Shown: positions 12,612 through 25,693 of the stretch, in pieces
Numbering within the stretch: the stretch's first letter is position 1
How the letters are laid out: each line of letters begins with the position of its first letter
From: Octopus vulgaris
Taxonomy: Eukaryota
Assembly: GCA_951406725.2 (NCBI GenBank)
Contig: OX597816.1
Location: forward strand, 48,918,001-48,981,917
Reading direction: 5' to 3'
Length of the DNA: 63,917 nucleotides
Program-made: the position numbers and the translations under genes
The notes under the pieces: model-generated
What the model was told of the DNA's origin: nothing
Databases searched by the model: none
Seen by the model: the letters and a program-made list of their open reading frames with translations, nothing else

Positions 12612-13699
12612 CAAGGTTATGTAGATTAATGTATGTGATGGCGCTTACGAAATCCATCAGGTGAGAAAAATACGGTTAAAGTCAATAATGGACGTTTTAC
12701 TTTGTTGTTGCAAATTACTATAGCTTGAACACCAGGAGCCCTACCCGTTTTATGAGTGAGAAATAGCTAAGCTGTGAAAGGCTTTTAGTTCTCAGATATG
12801 TCTTAATTTCAAACACTGTTTTCTCAAAGAAGTCTATTTTCTGGGTCGCGTCTGCTTATCCGAGAAAAACAGCATATCTTACTCAAACATGTGATCACAT
12901 GCAAATCTTACTAGCATATTTCAGCAATCTGTGAATCTGAAAAAGATTGACACCTTTGCAGACGTTCAAATAAGGTACTTATACAGACACTTAAAACAGA
13001 TAATATTAAACCACTCCAACGTGCCTGTTAACATACCTTGTAAGCACCTTAAGAAATGACATCAACAACACAGCTGTCTTAATGTTTATCGTCTTAAAAA
13101 AATATGTAGACTTTCAATGAAGAACATTAATCGTTCAGTTGATAAGTGTTTATCTACGAGCTTTTTGACATCAGCTTATCTACTAGTTAACCTAGAATCA
13201 CTTCTTGATCTTAGGTCAACTACTCGCTATTTGATACTGAGTTTCCTACTAGATGTTTGGCATGGCCTTCATTGTTATTTGCACATAGGTTGATGCTAGG
13301 AGACGTCAGTGCTTCTCAGCCGTTTCTTATTTTATCTATGTAAAATTTTACACGTATGTAACCTCATAGCCATTCGAGGTTTAAATAAATCATAATATAT
13401 TTTTATAACTAAATATAAAAAGAAATTGTAAAAATATTTTGTGTATTGTATAGAAGTATAACCAATCTATTGCAGGTAAATTTTAACCACAGCATCTTAA
13501 ATGAATCCCTAAAGGCCTTTTGGACCCCGCTTGAGTACCAATGGGTTGGGTTATGATAATCTTCTACAACTCATGCATGAAATTTTCTGCTGAATAGCTC
13601 GGAGATCGAATTCCAAGGAGTTTGTTCATTCTTCCCGGTTCGATAAAATTATAACACAACAAAATACTGATTCAAATCTATGGAATATTTCATCTTTAC

Positions 13700-14018
13700 A
13701 TACTTATTTTATTGATCCCGAAAGAATGAAGGGCAAAGTCGACCACAGCGGAATTTGAACTCAGAACGTAGCGGTAGACGAAATACCTATTTCTTTACTA
13801 CCCACAAGGGGCTAAACACAGAGGGGACAAACAAGGACAGACAAACGGATTAAGTCGATTATATCGACCCCAGTGTGTAACTGGTACTTATTTAATCGAC
13901 CCCGAAAGGATGAAAAGCAAAGTCGACCTCGGCGGAATTTGAACTCAGAACGTAACGGCAGACAAAATACGGCTACGCATTTCGCCCGGCGTGCTAACGT
14001 TTCTGCCAGATCGCCGCT
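13700..14018 (-). mobile_element. SINE family A dimer (full copy plus headless copy)
   Basis: Head at ~14018; internal junction GAAATACC|TATTTCTTTAC at ~13787. Confidence 0.8.
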
Positions 14019-14192
14019 TTTATAATAATAATAATGGTTTCTGCTAAAAGTACAAGGCCTGAAATTTGGTGGGGGTGGGGACTAGTTGATTACATCGACC
14101 CCACTGTTTCACTGATACTTTACCGACTGCGAAAGGATGAAAGGTAAAGTCGACCTCGGCGGAATTACCATGCCATAATTATTGGGTTAAAA

Positions 14193-14350
14193 GTCGTCGT
14201 CGTCGTCGTAGTAGTAGTAGTAGCCATCGTCGTCGTTGTAGTAGTAGTAATAGTAGCCGTTGTCGTCGTCGTCGTCATAGTAGTAGTAGCCGTCGTCAGT
14301 GTCGTCGTCGTCGTCGTAGTAGTAGTAGTAGTTGTTGTTGCAGCAGCTGC
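14193..14350. repeat. Compound (GTC)n/(GTA)n trinucleotide repeat
   Basis: Direct reading. Confidence 0.9.
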
Positions 14351-14429
14351 AGTATAGGGGCCTGCACCCAATCTCTTTTAATCGCCTTTTAAGATACGAA
14401 AAAAAAAACGTTGGCTGTTTTCTTTGACA

Positions 14430-15345
14430 TGCCGGTCCCCTCACAGCACGCCGTACTTAAATAAGTATGTAAAGAAGTCACCGTAATGGTTCGGAAAAAT
14501 TTGGATCTTGCAATACGGACAATTTTCCTGGATCCATAAGGTAAGTCGGTAGTCCTGGACGTGACAAACAGCGAAGGATATACTTTCAAGCTAGTTGCCG
14601 TCTATGCCCCGGCAGGGGCAGGACAGCCAGATTTCTTCAGAAGTCTGCAAACTTTCCCGGGAACGTCTAAATTCTTAGTGTTAGTGGACGATTGGAGTAA
14701 AGTTTGAGATATGAGGAGGTACTGTGTAGATTTAGCAGATAGGAGAGGAGAGTACAAAAGCTTCGCAAACCTGCCCAAACAATTCTAACTGTCTGAGACA
14801 GGTATCGACTGAATTTCCCGGATGTGCCGGTGTGGGCCTAATCAAACCGCATCGGGTCATCCAAATCGTATCTAGATAGGGTATCCTGTTGAGTAGCCGA
14901 TAAGGATAGCATAAGTTGTCCACTGTTTAAAGTAGTCGACTACACAGACCACAAAATCGTGATTTGTACAGTCGACTTAGACGGGCTTCATAGATATGGA
15001 CCCGGTTACTGAAAGCTGAACGCGTGGTTGCCGTCACGTAAAGAATTTGGAGACCGAATTAGTGAGCTAGTTAAGTGGGCATCGACAGGGGTAATCATCA
15101 AAAATTAATGGTGCTTCACCCTGAAAAAGATGATTAGAATAGAATCGATAAAGTTTAGCAATGGACTAGCAGTAAAAAGAAACAGAGTAGTAGTTGAGCT
15201 AGTCAAGAAGTTAGACGAGGCTTTTAGAAAAGGCATCGCGACCGACGTATTGGCTGCGAGATTGGCATTCGATCAATTCTTCAACGTGAAACACGAAGGT
15301 TGCGTTGTCAGAGCCAAGGCACGAGGACTTAGACATGAAGGTAAA
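14430..15345 (+). mobile_element. Decayed Tx1/L1-clade LINE fragment (APE endonuclease region to linker)
   Basis: LVAVYAP, YLDR, TDHK, GPGY*KLN and KHEGCVVRAK motifs, paralogous to the element at 35930. Confidence 0.75.
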
Positions 15346-15388
15346 GTTCATTTCAAAATATATATATTTTGAAATGAACTTTACCTTC
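15337..15388. repeat. Perfect 52-bp palindrome
   Basis: GAAGGTAAAGTTCATTTCAAAATATA|TATATTTTGAAATGAACTTTACCTTC. Confidence 0.95.
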
Positions 15389-15479
15389 CACATTAAAATA
15401 CTTTGTTGTGTTACTTGGGTTTTCCCCATAAGTTTTTTTAAAGTAAAAATTTATCAAAAATTGATTTTATCTTCCGTGC

Positions 15480-16810
15480 AAACATTAGCTCTGCAGGCGA
15501 TTTGCCTGAACAGTTGTTCAGGTTAGGTGTTACCCTATAAATCCTTAAGAACTGAGTTAGTGCTGCATCATTGCCTAATTCATTTCCTGATTTTTTTAGT
15601 GCTCGCTTAAATGTGCCTATGAATCTTTCTGCTTCCCCGTTTTATCTCGATTGGTATAGCAGAATAGAGCTCTCAATTCATGCATATTTGGTATATAATT
15701 TTGATAATAATTCACTAGACCTACAAAAACTTGTAAGATCGTTATATTAATCGGAGGAGGTATATTTTTAATAGCATCTGCTCTCGACGGGTCAAATCGT
15801 CTTCCATTTCTGACTATAATTTATCCTAAATACTTAATTTTAGGTAAGAAAAGTTCGCATTTCTCCTCAATCAGTGTAAAACCGTAATCTCTTATTTTTT
15901 CAAAAATACATTTTACATTCTCAATATGCAGATCGTGAAATTCACTTTTAATTAATATATCTTCCAGGTATGGAATTGCGAATTCACACAGTTCGCTATA
16001 ACATTCCATCCATAACCAGTTGAAAAATTACAGGTGCGGCCTTTAGACCAAATGGTAAAATGTTATTTTTGTATAGTCTTTTATGCGTATTCACTGTTGG
16101 ATATTTTGAGCATTCCTCGTCTACTCTAATTTGTAGGTACGGATCGGAGAGATCCAGTTTCGAAAGTATCTTGACCCTGTTTAACTTCACAAAAATATCA
16201 TCCGGAGTAGTGACACATTTTCAGACATTCATGCAAGCCAGTGGAAAAATCGGTACTCACTCTGATTTTGTTATTCTTTTTTCTAATACACACCGTTGAA
16301 GCTGCCCATTTAGCAGATTCCACTTTTTGGATGACTATAATTTGCTCTAATCTGTCTAAGTCTTCATCGAAATTTTTTATCACAGCGAAAGGTACCGTTC
16401 ATTTTGGTTTGAACATTGGTATTGCGTTTTCCTTAATTTGGAAATATGCCTAAGTCTCATTTCACAAGCCTAATTTAACCGACAACACTTCAGGAAAAGC
16501 ATCTTAAAATTGTTACTGACCAACGTAAGCTTCGAATCAACTCGTCGCCACTTTAGTGTCGTGCACTAAGACAGTGTGATATATAGTACCGCGGAACGAA
16601 GTAGACACCAGCAGTCTACACTTGATGTATTCCCAAATACTCTGACAACAACTGTAACCAATCCAAAACAACTCTCAACGAGCAATAACAACTTCTCAAC
16701 TATTTCTTGCGACTCCACGAAATCACGAATGACACCTTTCGACTTCCTGTGATTTCTCATCTCTCTCTCTCATTCAAACACACTGCAACTTATAACGAGT
16801 TCAGCTAGTC
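15480..16810 (-). mobile_element. Decayed, internally deleted Ty3/Gypsy LTR retrotransposon (RT, integrase remnant, PBS)
   Basis: WAA..V..KK, LDLSDPYLQI, LPFGLKAAP, YLEDILI, KC..IKYLG; NGEAERF..TFK near 15600-15650; PBS-like TGGCGACGAG at 16541-16550 (minus). Confidence 0.8.
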
Positions 16811-17285
16811 CATTCTCACAGGGGGTATCATGATTCTCGCCATAACAGTTTTGGTCGACAAAAAGTACAAAAATGGAAACACAGCCAATTTTTTTCGGGA
16901 AAGATCTCTTAGAGGATCTTTGAAAAATCTACTGCTCCATTTTCGATAACATTGTCCGAAATAAAAACAACACCTTCGAAAATATAAACATTGAATACTC
17001 TTTCGTGAGCAAGATGGAAAGTGATAACACAATAACTAGCAACAGAAGCAGTAGCAACAAGAATATAAAAGTTTTAATACAAATACATGCAATTTTCATA
17101 CAAAGGTCAAAAGTATCAAACGACCGCTTCGTGAATGTGCCGTGAGAAAGCTTCTTAGCTTAAGAAATCTGACACGTCAGATTTTTAAGTATTATTTGGT
17201 ATTCTCCGCCTACTACCCACAAATAGAAGGGGAGGTGAGCACCCACTAGGTTCAAAGTTTAATAGATCAAATTACTATTAAATCA

Positions 17286-17667
17286 TGGAAGCACTCCGTC
17301 GGTTACGACGACGAGGGTTCCGGTTGATCCGATCAACGGAACAGCCTGCTCGTGAAATAAACGTGTAAGTGGCTGAGCACTCCACAGACACGTGTACCCT
17401 TAACGCAGTTCTCGGGGATATTCAGCGTGACACAGGGAGTGACAAGGCCGGCCCTTTGAAATACAGGTACAACAGAAACAGGAAGTAAGAGTGAGAGAAA
17501 GTTGTGGTGAAAGAGTACAGCAGGGATCACCACCATCCCCTGCCGGAGCCTCGTGGAGCTTTAGGTGTTTTCGCTCAATAAACACTCACAGCGCCCGGTC
17601 TGGGAATCGAAACCGCGATCCTACGACCGCGAGTCCGCTGCCCTAACTACTGGGCCATTGCGCCTCC
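17286..17667 (-). mobile_element. SINE family C, tail type 2, full length with 12-bp TSD
   Basis: tRNA-like head GGCGCAATGGCCCAGTAGTTAGGGCAGCGGAC; ACTATTAAATCA on both flanks. Confidence 0.9.
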
Positions 17668-17819
17668 ACTATTAAATCAACAAACTGCAGCAGCAGATTC
17701 AGCGATATTACTGCGCAAGGACATAACTCAAATTACGAACTCTCCACAGTGAATTGTAATATGCCAATACCAAGAATAGTAATTTGAAGCAGTAACAAGA
17801 CTACGAATACGACCACAAC

Positions 17820-18780
17820 TTACTCCACCACTACCACCACAACAATGAATAAAATTGATAAGTTTGGGGAAAGTGCGGGTGGATGCACCGTCTCAAAGAG
17901 GTGTTGGCAGCAAGAAAACAGAAAACAATTATGTATAAATGTATTTTTGTAAGTACAAAGCAGCCGGAGATGGCTTTGTAGCAGAGGTGTAAGGGGCTCT
18001 GAAAGATATAATGCCCGATAGTCAGCATGTTTCGAGGGCAAAACAGTTTGCGGGCATGGGGAGACAGACCACTTGAGAGCTTTCTGCCCTAAACAGAAGA
18101 CGGGGGCCTATGAAATTCTCTTACTGCCAACACCAGATCCCTAAAAACCTCAGCAACCACACCAGCAAGAACAGCTACAAAATCAGCCCCTATCCCGGCA
18201 ACAACTGCATCATCAACAGCAGGAACAGCAAAATCAGTAAATGCTGGAAGATGACTAACACCAGCAACAACAGCAACCTCAGCCACATCAGCAACACCAT
18301 CAACACCACCAACAACAACACCAGTAGCAGATGTACTACCACCGCTTCCTTCAACAGCTGAAGGAATAAGAGAAACGGACACACATAGCATCCAGGCTTC
18401 TCTCAACGAAGCTCTCCACTAACTTCCTCCATCCGTCTGCTCCAAGCCCAAATATTTTCATTGACTCAGACCCCGAGTCTACAGACATGGATTCATCTGC
18501 AACATACCGTGAAAACGAGGGAGGAACCCTCAAAATCCAAAAGACCGAAAAAGGAATCACAGTAAAACATCATGCCCTATAATCAGCATACACGCCAAAA
18601 ACCGTAGAAAACATTCACAACTGCCACAGCCACATCTACATCATCACCAACCCCTCTAGCACTGCAATCACAAAGTGCTCCACCAACACTATCCCAGCTA
18701 CAACAACTGGCCGAAATAAAGCACTCCCAACAGCAACAACCAAACACTAAAACACTAAGCTTCATGTTAGTGAGAAGGAC
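17820..18780 (+). mobile_element. Probable decayed LINE ORF1 fragment (zinc-knuckle remnant plus Thr/Ala-rich region)
   Basis: GETDHLRAFCP knuckle-like remnant at ~18059-18090. Confidence 0.4.
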
Positions 18781-19316
18781 CAACAAACAATTGATAGCCC
18801 TCATAGCATCTCGGCACCTGGCGATGCAGGTCTATGACGAAAGGACCGGTTAAATTGCTCGGGGTCTGCTTTGGTCTGGATTTCCAAGTTCACAAGAACT
18901 GGTGGGATGTGAGGAGCAGGGTGGCCAGTCTCACCTAGAAATTGACAGAGAGGTGGAGAATGCGTGCATCGCTTCTGTTATCTACTACTGCCTGACTGTC
19001 GCCCCATTGCTCTGCTTAGTGGTTTATTAAGCTGGAGCGCTTGCTTTTCCATTTTCTTTAGAAAGGACGGATTCTGCTCGTCAGACGGTCCAGCTGCTAT
19101 CAACAGCCGTTGAGTGGAGAACTGGCCATGCTGTAGCTAATGATGCGCAGAAATTTGCTGAAGCTTTAAGATCTCCAGCGTTTTCTTAACGGTGAGCAAA
19201 TGTGGTCGCCGTTTGTCAGACGATATTTTCCGCAGACGATATCTTTCGCAGCTTGTCTCATTGACAGAGCTGTGGGATCAAGCGTAGAACGAGAAAGAGC
19301 GCTTGATTCCAGCAGT

Positions 19317-19696
19317 GGAGGCGCAATGGCCCAATGGTTAGGGTAGCGGACTTGCGGTCGGAGGATCGCGGTTTCGATTCCCAGACCGGCGTTGTGTGTG
19401 TTTATTGAGCGAAAACACCTAAAGCTCCACGAGGTTCCGGCAGGGGGTGGTGGCGACCCCTGTTGTACTCTTTTGTTCCAACTTTCTCTCACTCTTTCTT
19501 CTTGTTTCTTGTCCCCGACTTCCTACGCAACCGCTGAGCCTGGATGCGCATTCAGCCATCCGTCGATGCTCTCGGTGTCGGGGGGTTGACCTGCTTTCTC
19601 TTCTGCGGGTCTTACGAATAGCAAACGACCACGTTTCGGACTTCTCCCATCTTGCGAGCTCTGGGACGAAGACCGTTCGCTCAACAGCAACAGTAA
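19317..19696 (+). mobile_element. SINE family C, tail type 3
   Basis: Same head and body as 17286; different 3' half ending in (AACAGC)n; CAGCAGT on both flanks. Confidence 0.8.
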
Positions 19697-20055
19697 CAGC
19701 AGTGTCAGCCAGCGCTCACAGCCTTCTGCCAATCTGGCAATGCTGTTGGAGGAAGTTCGACAAAAGAAATCTTTAGGGGAATAACGGCTGGCAAGCGCGG
19801 CGACATACTCGGGGAAACTCTGGGCGTCTGGAGGGATCAATGAGCTGAACTTTTCCGGAGGACTTTCTCTTTATTTTCCCCTTCAGCTAACTTTTTAACC
19901 AACTAATAACTAATACTTCCCCACTCTATCGTACCCGCTTTTTCCCTCACCTTCTTTCCCTTTCCTTCTTTTCTCTCACCATCTTTTTCTTTCGCCCTAC
20001 GCCTCTCCCTTCAGCTAACTACGTCACACATTTATCCTCAGTGTAATTATAATAT

Positions 20056-20290
20056 ATATTTCTTTACTGCCCACAAAGGGCTAAACATAGAGGGGACAAA
20101 CAAGGACAGACAAACGGATTAAGTCGATTACATCGACCCCAGTGCGTAACTGTTACTTTATTTATCGACCCCGAAAGGATGAAAGGCAAAGTCGAACTCG
20201 GCGGAATTTGAACTCAGAACGTAACGGCGGACGAAATACGGCTACGCATTTCGCCCGGCGTGCTAACGTTTCTGCCAGCTCACCGCCTTC
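20056..20290 (-). mobile_element. SINE family A, full length with TSD
   Basis: Complete head and body; TGTAATTATAATATATA on both flanks. Confidence 0.9.
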
Positions 20291-20945
20291 AAATGTAATT
20301 ATAATATATATCTTACTCTGCCCCTTCCTCTCTTATTTCTTCTCTCGACTCTTTCTCCCACTCATCCATCTCTCCCTCTCCCTTTTACTCCACCTCTCAC
20401 TCACTTGACCCCCTTCTCACCAACCAACGGACGAACGAACAAGCAGAATTATATATAGAATAGCATACCCATATCGGCAAAAATGCCGACAATTTTATTA
20501 ATGATAGAAAGTGGCTCATCAACACATTAATAATTATCAGCAATCTAGTAAATATATGTACATACACAAAATTGAAGCACTTGAGGAATAAGACGTAACG
20601 TCTCGGTTGTAACGTTACCCACATAATATATGTTTGTTTACGCACCATCACACGTACAAACGCGCGCGCGCACACACACACACACACGCACATGCACAAA
20701 TACACACACACACATATTTCGTTTGCAAGATTCTTTATGTGAAGACGTGTGTTGAAGCATATTTTATTGTGTCTGGGGAGAGTCATTCTCTTTTAGTGCC
20801 TTACTATTTAACACACTCACCGGTTCAATTTCCATTCATTTACTTAATTTTTTTACTAAAATTTTCGTTGCGTCTTGCGACCCTTTCAATAATAATGCAT
20901 AAAATATCTTCACGGGGAGAAAAATATTGAAAACATCAATACAAT

Positions 20946-21430
<485 letters not shown>

Positions 21431-21566
21431 TAGTACATGAATGACAAACAAACGAGGAAGGTGGTTATAACATATGCTAGAAACAACAGTCAAATTTCTC
21501 TTAAATCACACCTTACAGTCTGAAAATTTAATTTTGCTGTTATTTGAAATTAGTAGGAGTTATTCG

Positions 21567-21814
21567 GGATCTTTTCCTTTTGATGGACGGAATTCAACAC
21601 AATTTCTAGTTAACTAAACAATTTGAAACTTCGTATACTGGTAGAATCTGTCAAAAGAAAACATTATTTTCGCTTGGCTTTTTTGAGAAAATTGTAATTT
21701 GTAAGTTTAATGTAGTTTAATTCTTCGAATTTTAACCAATGAATTGCCAGCATTTGAGCTCAAATCATTTGCTGCGTTATCGATTTTGATAAGCAAACGA
21801 GGAGACGCACGTCG

Positions 21815-21852
<38 letters not shown>

Positions 21853-22550
21853 CACTCTCTCTCTCAAACACATGCATATACATTTGCACAAGCACATAGT
21901 AATTAATATATAAGCGTACACACACATACAAACGTACACACACATACAAACGGAGATATACATACACACATATACGCACACAAGCATACATACACGTTCG
22001 TGAGTTCGCACTGGTGTCGATAGAATCGACTTAATACTTTTGTATCTCATGCTTTGTCCCCTCTGTGTTTTGCCCCTTGCCGGAACAAATTTACACAAAA
22101 GGTAAATAAACCAGTAATGGGGTGGGGGTGGGGTCAATGTTTCATCGTTTCGGGGTCGATAAATTAAGTACCAATTACGCACTGGTGTCGAGTATTTTTT
22201 CCCCAATTTATATCACAGCCTCCGACAAGCTGGGGCATCCTTTTATGAATAAATATTTCGCTAATTTTTACAATACGACCCACACTCCACGCGCACCCTC
22301 ATATCCCACTCTAGACCGATTTGGGCATATTATTGTTTTGTTTTTGTTGTTTTTGGTACTCAAAACCATGGGAGAATCTTTTTCGGTAAAAAAAATAAAG
22401 AAAATATTAAAAAAATATCGTTAATATTTTTATTGGGCGACGAAATTCATCGATTTAAGATATATGGCTGTTATTTCTAGCACATGCCTCGTTTGTTTAT
22501 CAATATCGATGAGCGAGACAGACAGAAGAGAGAAGGATGAATAACACCTG

Positions 22551-22601
<51 letters not shown>

Positions 22602-22847
22602 GCGCCCTCGCGCGCTGTTTACGTTGTAACAAGATGTCTGAGTTTTTAGACGCAGCAAATGATTTGAGCTCAAATGCTGGCAATTCATTGGTTAAAATTC
22701 GAAGAATTAAATTACGTTAAACTTACAAATTACAAATTTATCAAAAAAGTTAAGTGAAAATAATGTTTTCTACCAGTATACGAAGTTTCAAATTGTTTAG
22801 TTAGCTAGAAATTGTGTTGAATTCCGTCCATCAAAAGGAAAAGATCC
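21567..22847. mobile_element. Non-autonomous TIR element, Merlin-like (GG...CC ends, ~200-bp TIRs, 8-bp TSD)
   Basis: GGATCTTTTCCTTTTGATGG...CCATCAAAAGGAAAAGATCC; GTTATTCG at 21559-21566 and 22848-22855. Confidence 0.85.
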
Positions 22848-23055
22848 GTTATTCGTCCTAAACTCTACTGAAATTATCGATCAACTACGCACGATCGATT
22901 GGTTATACATTATTATTGTAGAGTGTGTTAAATAACAAACCACCTAAAGAGAATGGCGCTTCCCAGACACAATAATATATACATATACATTTATTCATAA
23001 AAACGGTAAGATAACAAAAGAAAGAGACCTCGATATTATGTAAATAGAGAAATTT

Positions 23056-23294
23056 ATCTGTAAATGTAATATGTGACAATTATTCGGTAGCCAAGATAAA
23101 ACTCCGAGTTTCGGTTGCCGAAGTGGAAACCCACAATAACACAGTAATTTCCCTTTGTATAACGGTCATTTTTCATAGCGTTTTTCCGATGGCCAGATAA
23201 CTGAAGAGATGGTGGCGTGGATTTTCACCTCGGCATCCGAAACTCGGAGTTTTATCTTGGCTACCGAATAATTGTCACTTATTACTTTACAGAT
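23056..23294. repeat. Foldback inverted repeat (~77-bp arms), Penelope-terminus-like
   Basis: GTGACAATTATTCGGTAGCCAAGATAAAACTCCGAGTTTCGG mirrored at ~23237-23278. Confidence 0.85.
23192..23261 (+). ncRNA. Type I hammerhead ribozyme-like motif
   Basis: Stem I GAUAA/UUAUC (plus GCCA/UGGC); CUGAAGA core at 23201; stem II GAUG/CAUC; GAAA at 23239; stem III ACUC/GAGU; GUU at the cleavage position. Confidence 0.6.
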
Positions 23295-23476
23295 ACATAT
23301 ACATTTATATATATATACTCGTACATACGCATACCTATTTATGTACATTTATGCACGGGTACACCTGCACGTATGAGTGCATAAATGTGTTCGCGCGCGT
23401 GTTTGTTTACATTGTTTATATCAGAGCTGGCCAACCTGATGCCAGATGGCCGCATGCGGCTCGCAGACTTTCATCT

Positions 23477-24451
23477 TATTTCTTCATTGCCCACAAGGGG
23501 CTAAACATGGAGGGGACAAACAAGGACAGACAAAGGGATTAAGTCGATTATATCGACCCCAGTGCGTAACTGGTACTTAATTTATCGACTCCGAAAGGAT
23601 GAAAGGCAAAGTCGACCTCTGCGGAATTTGAACTCAGAACGTAACAGCAGACGAAATACCTACTTCTTTACTACCCACTAGGGGCTAAACACAGGGAGGA
23701 TAAAGAAGGACAGATAAAGGGATTAAGTCGATTACATCGCCCACAGTGCGTAACTGGTACTTAATTTATCGATCCCGAAAGGATGAAAGGCAAAGTCGAC
23801 CTCAGCGGAATTTGAACTCAGAACGTAACAGCAGACAAAATACCTACATCTTTACTACCCACTAGGGGCTAAACACAGAGAGGACAAAGAAGGACAGACA
23901 AACGGATTAAGTCGATTACATCGACTCCAGTGCGTAACTGGTACTTAATTTATCGATTCCCAAAGGATGAAAGTCAAAGTCGACCTCGGCGGAATTTGAA
24001 CTCAGAACGTAACAGCAGACAAAATACCTACATCTTTACTACCCACTAGGGGCTAAACACAGAGAGGACAAAGAAGGACAGACAAACGGATTAAGTCGAT
24101 TACATCGACCCCAGTGCGTAACTGGTACTTAATTTATCGATTCCCAAAGGATGAAAGGCAAAGTCGACCTCGGCGGAATTTGAACTCAGAACGTAGCGGC
24201 AGACGAAAGACGAAAGACGTATTTCTTTACTACCCACAAAGGGGCTGTACACAGAGAGGACAAACAAGGACAGACAAAGGGATTAAGTCGATTACATCGA
24301 CCCCAGTGCGTAACTGGTACTTAATTTATCGACTCCGAAAGGATGAAAGGCAAAGTCGACCTCGGCGGAATTTGAACTCAGAACGTAACGGCAGACGAAA
24401 TACGGCTACGCATTTCGCCCGGCGTGCTAACGTTTCTGCCAGCTCGCCGCC
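23477..24451 (-). mobile_element. Five-unit tandem array of SINE family A (period ~184 bp)
   Basis: Units begin at ~23477, 23661, 23845, 24029 and 24219; only the rightmost unit has the 5' head. Confidence 0.92.
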
Positions 24452-25039
24452 TTCTTCGCAGATTTTTCTCTTGCGGCCCGCTTGATACTTTAGACACATA
24501 TTTTTTGAAAAATTTTATTAAAAATTAAAGATTGTAAGGAAAAGTAAGGCGCTCTTTCGTTTTGACTTGAAAAGTAAAAAGGAAATACACTACTGTTTTT
24601 GCAGCGACAATATTTCATGCCAAATCAACGATCATCCATTCATTATTGTAATAATAGCGGAAGAAATCAAAATGCTTTCAATTCTATCGGCAGTGATTAT
24701 TTGACTATTATTTGACTATTAATGCATAAAGTATAGAAGCGACCCGCCTAAAGCATTCTGTGATTAAAGTGGCTAGCTCTTTATATATACCTCTTTATGT
24801 GTTGTATGTGTGTGAATGTGTGTGTGGTAGTGTGTGTGTGTGTGTGTGTGTTAGTGTGTGTGTATGCGTGTGTGTGTGTGTTAGTGTGTGTGTATGCGTG
24901 TATGTGAGTGTGTGTATGTGTGTGTGTGTTAGTGCGTGTGTGTGTGTGTGTGTATCTGTGTGGAATTGATAAATATAATTTACGATAAAAATTTTTATTT
25001 CTTTTTTTAATTCAAATACTGTTGGCCCAATCAGTCTGA

Positions 25040-25580
25040 ATGTTTAAGTCCCACAACATAGTCGAACAGCTGCGGTCATGTGTGGGGCGGATCCGTCTGT
25101 CGGCCGAGTCCCGTGGTGATGATCGCACTGTCGTCCTCTTTCAATCGGGCAGGTAAGGCAGTTTTCCTTTGCCTGGTGGCTGTAGCGTAAGAAGTTGTTT
25201 GCTGGACAAGGCTGAAAGGTATGAGGACAGATACATTCCCCTTTAGTAGAGCACTCACTGACTTCTAGTTTCACTTGAAAAGGAAATTGAGAGTGGATGG
25301 TACCTCTCTAAGTGGAGGCCTATGACTTGGAGCGGGCACTTGCGCCTGTGGTTTCAGGGAAATCTGGGACAGTTGAGTTCCTCGATTATCCCTACAGGCC
25401 TTCCTGTATCAGGAGGGCCATATCTCTATCATCCATCCCGACCCCACTTTTTTTTTAAACTTTTGTATGCTATGTCCCTTCTTTTTCAGTGTATACCGTG
25501 TATACTTTCTTCTTTTCTTTTTTTACACCATTTCATTATATGTAAACCCCAACACTTTGTATTTGTTTTTGTAAATGAAA
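25040..25580 (+). mobile_element. Tx1/L1-like 3' end fragment
   Basis: VEQLRSCVGRIRLSAES..GKAVFLCLVA..WTRLKG..FHLKRK parallels the C-terminus at 38600-38850. Confidence 0.65.
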
Positions 25581-25589
25581 TTATTATTA

Positions 25590-25635
<46 letters not shown>

Positions 25636-25636
25636 G

Positions 25637-25693
<57 letters not shown>

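Larger units (their letters stand above)
9781..13768 (+). repeat. Tandem segmental duplication, unit 2
   Basis: Near-identical to unit 1 apart from microsatellite/homopolymer lengths and a few substitutions. Confidence 0.95.

Noticed and set aside
23477-24451. CRISPR-like regularly spaced repeats
   Set aside because: Whole units repeat with no unique spacers, there are no cas genes, and the sequence is a eukaryotic SINE
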